A stretch of 48,422 nt of DNA from Escherichia phage ETEP102, in the sequence record OR979723.1; one strand, given 5' to 3'. The position numbers were made by a program, and so were the translations under genes. Positions 1-7,357 of the stretch are shown piece by piece. Position 1 is the first letter of the stretch. Each line of letters begins with the position of its first letter. The notes beneath the pieces were generated by a model. The model saw nothing but the letters and a program-made list of their open reading frames with translations. It was not told the origin of the DNA and made no database searches.

Positions 1-169
1 ACTCCGCTTCGTAGTATTCATAGTTGTTGAAACCATCGCGCATGTTCATCTTCTCGCAAACCTGCTTAGCCATCTGTTCACTGAGGCATACGCAGTGAAC
101 GGTCGTATCGTAATTCGGATCACACGGCTCAGATATCACGATGTAGCAATACATTTTTACAGTGCTCAT
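1..169 (-). CDS. hypothetical protein, partial (3' end runs off window start)
   Basis: ATG at 169-167 on minus strand with GGAG about 8 nt upstream; open frame to window edge, reads MSTVKMYCYIVISEPCDPNYDTTVHCV... Confidence 0.4.
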   Translation of the reverse strand, partial: MSTVKMYCYIVISEPCDPNYDTTVHCVCLSEQMAKQVCEKMNMRDGFNNYEYYEAE

Positions 170-236
170 TTATTTTCTCCAGTTCTCTTCACTCGTTTCG
201 ATGGAGTAATAATAGCGAATCACACCTGATCGGTCA

Positions 237-254
237 TTAGCAAAAAAGTGCTAT
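237..254 (-). promoter_or_regulatory. ATAGCAC-N5-TGCTAA motif copy (minus orientation) upstream of gene at 169
   Basis: Minus strand reads AATAGCACTTTTTTGCTAATG, then about 23 nt to TATTAT, then leader CCATCGAAACGA, GGAG and ATG. Confidence 0.45.
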
Positions 255-267
255 TCGTTGGATTTAT

Positions 268-374
268 GGATTGTTGCAGATATTGCAATGATTCACTTCA
301 CTATTGCACATATAGCAATATTGCATCGTTTGCAATGATGTTTTAGATTGTTGCGAATTGAGCAATGATTCATT
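268..374. repeat. array of ATTGCA/TGCAAT palindromes and a 27-bp direct repeat (operator/iteron-like)
   Basis: GATTGTTGC(A/G)...CAATGATTCA at 268-296 and 346-374; inverted repeats TATTGC-N7-GCAATA (302-320) and ATTGCA-N5-TGCAAT (321-337). Confidence 0.5.
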
Positions 375-532
375 GATGGGGGGAATGATGGGGTGAAGTC
401 TGATCCCCTGATCGCCTGGTTGGAACTTTCCGCCACACGTTTTCCATCGCATACGCGTAATTGTGCGTAACGCATGTATAGGCCTTGTATGCTGTGTAAC
501 GATTTGGCCTAAGCATACGCGGCATACGCAGT

Positions 533-622
533 TTTACGCATTAGTTACAATAAAATATCTATATATAACAACCATTTATCTATATTATTATTATTATATA
601 TATCTATGTATACTGTGTAACG
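533..622 (+). repeat. AT-rich ~88-bp element, copy A (second copy at 28967-29056)
   Basis: TTTACGCATTAGTTACAATAAAATATCTATATATAACAACC...ATTATTATTATTATATATAT...CTGTGTAAC; about 85 percent identical to copy B, same orientation. Confidence 0.6.
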
Positions 623-890
623 GTTGTCTAAGTGTGGCATCTGTCAAATTTGATAATATCCCCCACTAATATATAAGAGAGCCATTCCGCCAGGATAATA
701 GGGCCATATGCAGACAATCACCTTTCAGTATGCGTTACACGATATACCGCCTACTTACACCAGTCGTAGCGAGGCCTCCAAGGCGGAAATGTTTCCCGAC
801 CTGTTTTTTACATGCGATTACGGTTGACTTACGCGTTAACTCCCATCATAATTGCCTCACTTAAACGCAACAATCAAATGAGGTAACGAG

Positions 891-1427
891 ATGGATAAGG
901 TAACATTGGGTGATGTGATTCGCGAGATGGTACGCCAGGCAATTAAGTCCGACAAGAAGCTGTGCGTAGTTCCGGTTCGCAAGATATTCAACCTGGTAAA
1001 TGGTCATGATTATCCAGATGAAATACTGGACGAGGTGACGGGGGAGTACATGACTCCCGGGCGTGAGATCGTAGGTCTTAAAAGTTCATACATCTATAAC
1101 ACCGCAGCAAGAATGCAGGAGCTTCGGGATATTGATATGCACGTCAAGCATCGCTTTATCTGGCTGGCGTCAGGAGAGGAAACTGTAGCACGCAAGGCGG
1201 ATGGCGACGGCGCTGATAAGAACCTGTTAATCCAGCTTGAACCCGGGGCACTTAAGCCAACCAAACGAAAGACTGCAGATGTTGAGAGAGAAGTGGCAGC
1301 TATTGAAAGGTTCAAGGCTCGTCTGCTCAAGATCACACCAAACGTCATCGACCTGAAAGGCGAGCAGAAAGAAGGCGCTCTCATTGCCCTGGCACGTTAC
1401 CATGAAATGATTAAGGATACTAACTAA
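891..1427 (+). CDS. hypothetical protein (178 aa)
   Basis: ORF with GAGG about 9 nt upstream of ATG; no recognisable motif. Confidence 0.5.
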   Translation: MDKVTLGDVIREMVRQAIKSDKKLCVVPVRKIFNLVNGHDYPDEILDEVTGEYMTPGREIVGLKSSYIYNTAARMQELRDIDMHVKHRFIWLASGEETVARKADGDGADKNLLIQLEPGALKPTKRKTADVEREVAAIERFKARLLKITPNVIDLKGEQKEGALIALARYHEMIKDTN

Positions 1428-1987
1428 TGTTTAATTTCGACGAAGATAAATTGACCGATGAAAAGGTGATGGAAGTCGCCAGGCAAGATAACCTGCCTCC
1501 ACTTCGTGTGGCAATCAATGCTAATGGATACCGTCAATAATTCAAGTTCTGGCCCAGCGCCGAAGAGATGCTGTGCGTCAAGTTGAGCTACAAATACGGC
1601 GTCGTAGTGAGCAGGATTCGCCGCCAGTGCTGCAACGGGAAGGGAGTGTCTGGCATTCGATCTCTATACGAGGCAATCCGAAAGGTCCAGCCATTCGTCG
1701 GGCGCGAAGGGATTATGCATGACCTGACAAATAACATCATCCCAGCACTACAGGAGGCGGGAATTGTTTGCCTCATTGGCGATAAGATTTATGTGCATCC
1801 GGCCCTGGTGGGAATGTATGAGCGAGACGTGTACAACTGGTGCAGTCAGTACCGATCTGATGCGCCACGCTCTCACTACGTTGAGCCGATTAAGCCGACA
1901 ACCATCCATGGCTATGATGCCGATGAGGTGGAGAAGGCCATCCAGTTCTACCGGAAAGCGAAATCTCTCCTGAATGGTGAATATTAA
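1427..1987 (+). pseudogene. internally deleted remnant paralog of the P-loop ATPase at 44067-45650, with in-frame TAA at 1538-1540
   Basis: 1427-1537 encodes MFNFDEDKLTDEKVMEVARQDNLPPLRVAINANGYRQ (matches N-terminus MFDFNEDKLSIDQVMAVAAADNLPPLRVAINANGYRQ); same frame continues after TAA into ORF 1568-1987 whose GKGVSGIRSLYEAIRKVQPF...IGDKIYVHP matches the ATPase C-terminus; central P-loop region absent. Confidence 0.5.
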
Positions 1988-2199
1988 TGATTATAAAATG
2001 TGTGTATGTAAGGCAAGCCAATCACCACAACCTTTCAGTTGTAAATGGTGGGATATACTCGGCAAAGCCAATCCCTCGCTTTAATGGCTCATACTACATC
2101 AAGGTTGATGGCAATGAGTACATAGTGAAGACGATAGGTGAAGCTCTTATGATAAAGAGCCTTGGTGTGATAATGGCTAAATTCGAAATCGTTCGTTAA
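1987..2199 (+). CDS. hypothetical protein (70 aa)
   Basis: ORF; start overlaps upstream stop (TAATG). Confidence 0.4.
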   Translation: MIIKCVYVRQANHHNLSVVNGGIYSAKPIPRFNGSYYIKVDGNEYIVKTIGEALMIKSLGVIMAKFEIVR

Positions 2200-2217
2200 T
2201 AGCACGAATTGCTAAAC
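2199..2217 (+). promoter_or_regulatory. ATAGCACGAATTGCTAAAC motif copy
   Basis: Palindromic core TAGCA-N5-TGCTA directly after stop codon; 22 nt from TTGCTA to TATGAT (2237-2242); gene ATG at 2273. Confidence 0.5.
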
Positions 2218-2272
2218 AACAAATCGGGTAGTCAGCTATGATTACCCTATCAAAAACGAAGAGGAAATGATT

Positions 2273-2479
2273 ATGGAAACTGTACGCATTGACGATGTTC
2301 ACTTTGACCAAGCAGAGGTCAGCGTTCTGCTCAATCGGACTGGAGTAGTCAAGGCCGTAGTCTCCATTGACTTCGATACTGACGATCAGGGCGTTACCAT
2401 GATGCACTACACACCAGAACAAGCACGCAAGCTGGCGGCAGCGCTTATCCTGGCAGCAGAAGAGGCAGAAAATCAATGA
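2273..2479 (+). CDS. small protein, tandem paralog A (68 aa)
   Basis: ATG 2273 with AGAGGA 7 nt upstream (track start 2267); C-terminal YTPEQARKLAAALILAAEEAE shared with next gene. Confidence 0.5.
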   Translation: METVRIDDVHFDQAEVSVLLNRTGVVKAVVSIDFDTDDQGVTMMHYTPEQARKLAAALILAAEEAENQ

Positions 2480-2694
2480 GAGACATTCGAGTTAACTCAT
2501 CATGGAATCAGGAAACAGAAATCTCAGTAATCAAGGTTCCGTTCGGAAAGATGCGTAAGCGCGTGCACCTGGACCTTTCGCCGGATTCGCAAGTGGATGT
2601 CGCTGGCATGACATACACCGCAGAGCAGGCGCGCGAACTTGCTGCGGCGCTAATTAAGGCAGCTGAGGAAGTGGAGGCGGAAGTCGATGAGTAA
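2476..2694 (+). CDS. small protein, tandem paralog B (72 aa)
   Basis: ATGA start/stop overlap with paralog A; C-terminal YTAEQARELAAALIKAAEEVE. Confidence 0.5.
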   Translation: MRDIRVNSSWNQETEISVIKVPFGKMRKRVHLDLSPDSQVDVAGMTYTAEQARELAAALIKAAEEVEAEVDE

Positions 2695-2887
2695 ATTCAG
2701 GATCGCATTGATTGACACAACAACCGCCTTCGGTCATCCGGTCAAGTGGTATGACGTCCAAAAACGGGTGGCTTTGTTCTGGTGGGTTACAGTGGCCCAT
2801 GCAAGCCAGCTTTCCCAGGCTCGCTACTGGCTGCATAAGTCCGGCGCACCGCATCGCAAAGAGAAAGTAGTGAGGATTATCGAATGA
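2687..2887 (+). CDS. hypothetical protein (66 aa)
   Basis: ORF overlapping neighbours by a few nt (translational coupling). Confidence 0.35.
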   Translation: MSKFRIALIDTTTAFGHPVKWYDVQKRVALFWWVTVAHASQLSQARYWLHKSGAPHRKEKVVRIIE

Positions 2888-3174
2888 AGAAACTAATTTT
2901 ACTGGCAGCACTTGCTCTGGCTGGATGTGATTTCGGAAGCACCCGTGTAGATTCAGAGGCTCGGCAGAAGATGCCAGTGAATGTCAACGATCGCGTCCAG
3001 GTTGTGAAGATTCAGGAGTTCAGTGATGAACTGGCATACGAGAACGTCAGAGCTATATACGTCATCACCGATAAGGACACTGGTCAGGAATATATCGGCT
3101 TAAGCGGTGTCGGGATCGTGGAAGTTGGTCGCCATGGTTGCGGCAAGGGATGCTCCAGAGAAGATGAACGATAG
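2884..3174 (+). CDS. putative lipoprotein (96 aa)
   Basis: N-terminus MKKLILLAALALAGC: signal peptide plus lipobox LAGC. Confidence 0.55.
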   Translation: MKKLILLAALALAGCDFGSTRVDSEARQKMPVNVNDRVQVVKIQEFSDELAYENVRAIYVITDKDTGQEYIGLSGVGIVEVGRHGCGKGCSREDER

Positions 3175-3189
3175 CACTTTTGTTAAAAC
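3171..3189 (+). promoter_or_regulatory. ATAGCACTTTTGTTAAAAC motif copy
   Basis: Overlaps TAG stop of upstream gene; 22 nt to TATAGT (3208-3213) inside hairpin GGAGAC/GTCTCC; ATG at 3255. Confidence 0.5.
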
Positions 3190-3254
3190 TTGCTCGGAGA
3201 CATTAGCTATAGTGTCTCCTGTCAAGTGAACACAAACCAACTGAGGAATCACAT

Positions 3255-3413
3255 ATGAACAGCATCAACCGTTATATCCCTGTGTCAGTGCCAACCAGCG
3301 TCAATATTCACGGCGTCGGAATGCAAGCCTGCGACGATGGAGCATGGGTATCCTACGCAATGCATAAAAAAGAAATCGAGTCCTTACAGGCGCGTTTAAA
3401 GGCCTTAGAATAG
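3255..3413 (+). CDS. small hypothetical protein (52 aa)
   Basis: ATG with GAGGA 8 nt upstream, downstream of motif/hexamer module; below the 60-aa cutoff of the ORF track. Confidence 0.4.
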   Translation: MNSINRYIPVSVPTSVNIHGVGMQACDDGAWVSYAMHKKEIESLQARLKALE

Positions 3414-3494
3414 ACTCAAAAACATCAAATTTCTGCACCGTCGATTATCGCTGACCATGTTGAGCAGGCAATCAAAGAAGCTGTAGGTAAGCTG

Positions 3495-4061
3495 GTGCAC
3501 GAAGCATGTGAGCAATTACTCAAGGATTTGCCTAAGTACAATGGCGATCCGTGTCACAGCACTGTCGATGCATTCGTTAGTGAAATGGCAAAAGCTCCGG
3601 ATGATGGCGTGAAGTGTTATTACCTTGTCGCAGATGAATTGACGAAGAACGGCAAGTTCACTTTCGGTAGCAATTTCGGTGAAGGCAAGGCGCTCACCAT
3701 GTCAACCGCGAAAATGGAACCACGCATCGGCGGTTACGGGTATGGCAATCGTCACGTATGGGCGGTTGGTGAATGTGAATCAGCACGCGATCGCAAGGTG
3801 GCAGTTTGCTACCATGTTAATAACGGCAGTGCGTTTATCAATGGTTGCGAGTACGCGTATGAAATTGATGAATGCGAACCAGGTTGCGAGCCTCGCCTTA
3901 TCCATATCGCACAAGATGCATTCATCTCTGATTTAAAAGGCGATTACCGATGGAAAGCAAAGAGAATTGGTAAGGTTATGAATGCCAAGGCAACGCTAGG
4001 TGACGCATACGCAATAGTAAATCCTGATTGCGGCGTAGTGGCTAAGTTCTATATCAAATAG
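3495..4061 (+). CDS. Cys-rich hypothetical protein (188 aa)
   Basis: ORF in track; first codon is GTG (in-frame TAG three codons upstream), an internal ATG start is possible; many Cys/Gly residues. Confidence 0.45.
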   Translation: MHEACEQLLKDLPKYNGDPCHSTVDAFVSEMAKAPDDGVKCYYLVADELTKNGKFTFGSNFGEGKALTMSTAKMEPRIGGYGYGNRHVWAVGECESARDRKVAVCYHVNNGSAFINGCEYAYEIDECEPGCEPRLIHIAQDAFISDLKGDYRWKAKRIGKVMNAKATLGDAYAIVNPDCGVVAKFYIK

Positions 4062-4076
4062 CACCTTTTGTTAAAA
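4058..4076 (+). promoter_or_regulatory. ATAGCACCTTTTGTTAAAA motif copy with extended -10
   Basis: Overlaps TAG stop; about 24 nt to TGGTATAAT (4095-4103); ATG at 4135. Confidence 0.5.
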
Positions 4077-4134
4077 GGGGTGGTTCATCCTGACTGGTAT
4101 AATCCCCACATCAACCACACGAAAGGATAGCAAC

Positions 4135-4278
4135 ATGCCGCATCAGCAGAGTAACAACAAGTCATGGACCAAGGCCGCAAGGGCTAAGCGTCGCGGTGAA
4201 CTTAAAGATTTCTTTATCAGTGCAGGCCACACACGTAAAGTGGCATTACAATTAGCCAAACAGAGCGAGAAACAATAA
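4135..4278 (+). CDS. small basic protein (47 aa)
   Basis: ATG with GAAAGGA upstream; MPHQQSNNKSWTKAARAKRRGELKDFF...; stop overlaps next start (TAATG). Confidence 0.4.
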   Translation: MPHQQSNNKSWTKAARAKRRGELKDFFISAGHTRKVALQLAKQSEKQ

Positions 4279-4895
4279 TGAATCAGCTTTACACCATGAT
4301 TAAGCATCACCTTCAAACGGTAGCGGTAAACAAGAAAGTTTACATCTTTGATTACGATGGTACTCTGTCGGACAGAACGCACCGCCTGCACAAGCTACCG
4401 ACAAAGGATTTGCGCCTCACTGAGTCATGGCTTGAATTTAACTCATTGAGCAAGTTCGATCGGCCATTCCAGGAAACGATTGACGTAATGAATAGCCTGT
4501 TCGCTTCCGGAGCTTTCATCATCGTGCTCACTGGTCGATCTGATGCGGTTGTTGAGGAATCAACGCAATGGCTGCATGATGCTGGCGCTAAATATAACGT
4601 TCTGGTCATGCGCCGGGCTGATGACAACCGAAAGGATACCATCATCAAGGAAGAGTTTTTACGATACATTGGCTTGCACCGCATCACCGCAGCGTGGGAT
4701 GATAGCGTTAACGTTATTAAGCACTTCCGAAGCCTCGGAATCACTACCTATCATGTGTGCGACTATGGCGATAACGTGCACTCCGCCCTTAAGTCTCACG
4801 GCGTAGAAAAAGTTTGCGAGCACGAATTTAGCGAGCCGCTACCTCCGCATGGTGTTCGCCAGTGCAAAAAATGCAATCTCGTAAGCGGTAAATAA
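4278..4895 (+). CDS. HAD-family polynucleotide 3'-phosphatase (T4 Pnk phosphatase-like)
   Basis: DxDGT motif (IFDYDGTL), LTGRSD, RRADDNRKDTIIKEEF, AWDDSV: pattern of the T4 Pnk C-terminal phosphatase domain as recalled from memory. Confidence 0.65.
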   Translation: MNQLYTMIKHHLQTVAVNKKVYIFDYDGTLSDRTHRLHKLPTKDLRLTESWLEFNSLSKFDRPFQETIDVMNSLFASGAFIIVLTGRSDAVVEESTQWLHDAGAKYNVLVMRRADDNRKDTIIKEEFLRYIGLHRITAAWDDSVNVIKHFRSLGITTYHVCDYGDNVHSALKSHGVEKVCEHEFSEPLPPHGVRQCKKCNLVSGK

Positions 4896-4944
4896 AACTA
4901 ACCTTAACGGGCGCACATCGCGCCCACTACTCAGGAATATAAAA

Positions 4945-5562
4945 ATGTCAAAGATTATCATTCTAAACGGTCCTGCTGGCGTAGGTAAAGACACGATCGG
5001 CAATGCACTGGCAGCAGATTACAACTGCATCCCTACCAGCTTCAAACGTCCGATGTTTGAAATTGCAGCATCCATCCTTGGGGCCAGGGATTTTTCAAAG
5101 TTCATCACAGCATACGACGACCGCGATCAGAAAGAGCAGCCTCAGGGCTTTCTCGGTGGCAAGACCTGCCGTGAGTTCATGATCTGGATTAGCGAAACAG
5201 TGGTCAAGCCGCTTTTTGGCAATCAGCAGTTCGGCAAATTGATGAGCGAACATATCCGTCTGTGTGATGAAGGATTCTGTTTTGTTTGCACTGATGGCGG
5301 GTTCCCTGACGAAGTGATCCAACTCCTTGAAGATGGTCACGATGTCACCCTGGTTCGCCTATTCATGGATGGCAAGACTTTCGATGGCGATAGACGTGAT
5401 TACATTCGTCTTAAGGAATTGTACTACCCTTATTACAAGAAATATAACGAGCATGATGTGCATCTGGTTAATGGTGATATTGAAGGCGGTGTGCTGTCGG
5501 TTGTTAGAGCTTGCGGTATCCGTCCTGCAATCGACGAGTGGGCCGACGATATTCCCTGGTAA
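4945..5562 (+). CDS. P-loop kinase (candidate polynucleotide 5'-kinase partner)
   Basis: Walker A GPAGVGKDT near N-terminus; adjacent to phosphatase gene. Confidence 0.55.
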   Translation: MSKIIILNGPAGVGKDTIGNALAADYNCIPTSFKRPMFEIAASILGARDFSKFITAYDDRDQKEQPQGFLGGKTCREFMIWISETVVKPLFGNQQFGKLMSEHIRLCDEGFCFVCTDGGFPDEVIQLLEDGHDVTLVRLFMDGKTFDGDRRDYIRLKELYYPYYKKYNEHDVHLVNGDIEGGVLSVVRACGIRPAIDEWADDIPW

Positions 5563-5580
5563 ATAGCACGAATTGCTAAG
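5563..5580 (+). promoter_or_regulatory. ATAGCACGAATTGCTAAG motif copy
   Basis: Immediately after TAA stop; 22 nt to TATAGT (5601-5606); ATG at 5636. Confidence 0.5.
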
Positions 5581-5600
5581 CCCGCTCCGGCGGGTTTTGT
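5581..5600 (+). terminator. hairpin plus T-run (terminator-like, embedded in promoter spacer)
   Basis: CCCGC-TCCG-GCGGG followed by TTTTGTT. Confidence 0.45.
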
Positions 5601-5635
5601 TATAGTTAGTTCACACCAAACGAGAGGAAACAAAG

Positions 5636-5794
5636 ATGATTACTATCAACCTGTCAGACAAGCAAGCCGCCACACTGAAATATTTACTCGCAAGCCAGCC
5701 TATGCATTTCTCGGCCGATGAGTACTACGAGATGGTCAAAGAGGTTCACACTCAGATCAACAATCAACAATTCGACGAAAACGAAGGTGAATAG
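5636..5794 (+). CDS. small hypothetical protein (52 aa)
   Basis: ATG with GAGAGGA 7 nt upstream; MITINLSDKQAATLKYLLASQ... Confidence 0.4.
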   Translation: MITINLSDKQAATLKYLLASQPMHFSADEYYEMVKEVHTQINNQQFDENEGE

Positions 5795-5958
5795 CCATGA
5801 AGTTCAATAAGACCGAGAAGAAAAGTTGATCGCATCAATGATAAGCGCCGCCACCGCCGACTCTGCCGACAGTACGGTAAACTTCGATTCAATGAGCCTG
5901 GTATGTTCTGCTTTATCGCTTGGCGAGCAATGAAAGATATTGCGCGAAACCATAAGCG

Positions 5959-5979
5959 ATAGCACTTTTTGTTAAAAAC
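5959..5979 (+). promoter_or_regulatory. ATAGCACTTTTTGTTAAAAAC motif copy
   Basis: 22 nt to TATAGT (5997-6002) inside hairpin GGGGTA/TACCCC; leader CCATCGAAAC; ATG at 6033. Confidence 0.5.
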
Positions 5980-6032
5980 AATTCACGGGGTAGCGGTATA
6001 GTTACCCCATCGAAACTAACGAGGAAGCAGAA

Positions 6033-6254
6033 ATGAAAATTGAAATTATCGACGTTGACTACCAGGTAGATCAGATCGATCAGGGGGTTCTCACACTGCG
6101 TGAATGTGGTTTTCAGGTTGGCGATGTAGTAGAGGTATCCGGTCACTACGTTAATGGAGACTTGTCGATTCAGGCAATCCGTGAAACGGAGCTGGTTAAG
6201 GTCGGCAATGAAATCAGTATCAGTGATCATGAATACAAGGTGGTTGAGGAATGA
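6033..6254 (+). CDS. hypothetical protein (73 aa)
   Basis: ORF with GAGGAAG upstream. Confidence 0.45.
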   Translation: MKIEIIDVDYQVDQIDQGVLTLRECGFQVGDVVEVSGHYVNGDLSIQAIRETELVKVGNEISISDHEYKVVEE

Positions 6255-6589
6255 TTTACATACACACATACGGCGTCGGCAAGTTCGGTAAAGAAATACA
6301 CCGAACCGTCCACGACACGAAGGAATCAGCAGAATCGGCACAAAAAGTTCTCGGCGGTGAGTTCAAGGCTTACCGCGACGCAGAAGACTCTGTTGAATGC
6401 TGGCAGATTGAGCACGTGCGCAATATGCTGGAAAGTGAAGTGTCAGAGCTTATCGATAACATGACGAGTCACAGCCCTGGAGGACCATGGGAAGAACCAG
6501 GCTCACCGGAATGGTATTGTGCAAAGGTTGACACAATGAACAAGATCAGCAAAATCATTGATGAGGTGTACAAATCATGTTTGGATTAA
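6251..6589 (+). CDS. hypothetical protein (112 aa)
   Basis: ORF, ATGA overlap with upstream gene. Confidence 0.45.
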   Translation: MIYIHTYGVGKFGKEIHRTVHDTKESAESAQKVLGGEFKAYRDAEDSVECWQIEHVRNMLESEVSELIDNMTSHSPGGPWEEPGSPEWYCAKVDTMNKISKIIDEVYKSCLD

Positions 6590-6816
6590 CTGACCAGCAG
6601 ATGAACGCAGTAAAGGCCAAGGCCAAGCAATTAAACGCAGAATACAGCGCCCTTGATAAGAAGACCCGCAAGGATGATAAGCTGGTTGCGTCAATTATTA
6701 ACAAGCACCACGAGCCAGTATCAGTACTCATATCTCGCGATAAATTCGTGTGGATCGCAGGTTATCTCAATGGACTGGTTGGCAAGCGTGAAAATGGAGA
6801 TAGTATTTATGAGTAA
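6577..6816 (+). CDS. hypothetical protein (79 aa)
   Basis: ORF overlapping upstream gene end. Confidence 0.4.
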   Translation: MFGLTDQQMNAVKAKAKQLNAEYSALDKKTRKDDKLVASIINKHHEPVSVLISRDKFVWIAGYLNGLVGKRENGDSIYE

Positions 6817-6978
6817 ACTCAAAAAGCTCATTGACAGCCATCTCACTGACTGGTATCTTTAATCACGTACACAAGAGGCTACCAAGTAGCAACGAGCGGT
6901 TCGTAAGCCGCATGTGCAGTGAAGCAAATCGAGGCATTGTGAAAGCCTTACGGATTCCGTAACCGTAACTCATTCAAA

Positions 6979-7053
6979 GCTCCGCTAGCTCAATTGGATA
7001 GCAGCAACGACCTTCTAAGTCGTATGTTACTGGTTCGAATCCAGTGCAGAGCG
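6979..7053 (+). tRNA. tRNA-Arg (anticodon TCT), encoded CCA follows at 7054-7056
   Basis: Hand-folded cloverleaf: acceptor 6979-6985/7046-7052 (one C-A mismatch), D-loop with GG, anticodon stem 7007-7011/7019-7023, loop CTTCTAA, T-loop TTCGAAT. Confidence 0.75.
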
Positions 7054-7060
7054 CCAATTT

Positions 7061-7159
7061 CTCGGCGTTGCTAATATTGGCCTTAGGGTGGAGCTTATAC
7101 CTCCATAAAGCAATCGACAGATAATCGATGTAATGCAGGTTCGATTCCTGCCGCCGAGA
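7061..7159 (+). tRNA. atypical 99-nt tRNA-like gene, anticodon TAT (Ile, AUA) if folded canonically
   Basis: Perfect 7-bp acceptor 7061-7067/7152-7158, T-arm GCAGG-TTCGATT-CCTGC, encoded CCA 7160-7162, anticodon stem-loop TGGAG-CTTATAC-CTCCA; 29-nt region between anticodon and T arms with its own hairpin. Confidence 0.4.
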
Positions 7160-7177
7160 CCAATAACGAGGTTTGAT

Positions 7178-7357
7178 ATGTTCAAAGTCAAGCTGACGAT
7201 ATTGCTGATGGGCCGCACGTGCGCATCATGTAAACAGAACTTTGAGACAACCGTTCAGGCATTAAATGCCGAGGAAGCAGTTTCAAAGGCAAAGAAAATG
7301 AGCGGAGTCGATACGACGACTCACAAATTTTTAGTTAATTATGTAAGTGGTATATAA
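7178..7357 (+). CDS. hypothetical protein (59 aa)
   Basis: ATG 7178 with ACGAGG upstream; MFKVKLTILLMGRTCASCKQNF... Confidence 0.4.
   Translation: MFKVKLTILLMGRTCASCKQNFETTVQALNAEEAVSKAKKMSGVDTTTHKFLVNYVSGI

Noticed and set aside
1094-1384. 96-aa minus-strand ORF inside 891-1427
   Set aside because: Antisense to a plus-strand gene with RBS; Ser/Ala/Leu-rich shadow frame.
2884-3174. Calling the 96-aa lipoprotein at 2884-3174 (or 38251-38523) the Cor-type exclusion protein
   Set aside because: Both have lipoboxes but neither is next to adsorption genes; the 80-aa lipoprotein at 28565-28807 coupled to the receptor-binding-like gene is the better candidate, so these stay as lipoproteins of unknown function.
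4278-5562. RNA ligase partner for the kinase/phosphatase pair
   Set aside because: Searched the ORF translations by eye for a KxDG nucleotidyltransferase motif in a ligase-sized protein and found none; not reported as a feature.
5913-6341. 142-aa minus-strand ORF
   Set aside because: Overlaps the motif promoter and two plus-strand genes with proper RBSs; no start signals of its own.
7113-7129. Alternative anticodon arm ATCGA-CAGATAA-TCGAT (anticodon GAT) for the tRNA-like gene
   Set aside because: Position 33 would be A rather than U and the D-region would be far too long; the TGGAG-CTTATAC-CTCCA arm fits cloverleaf geometry better.
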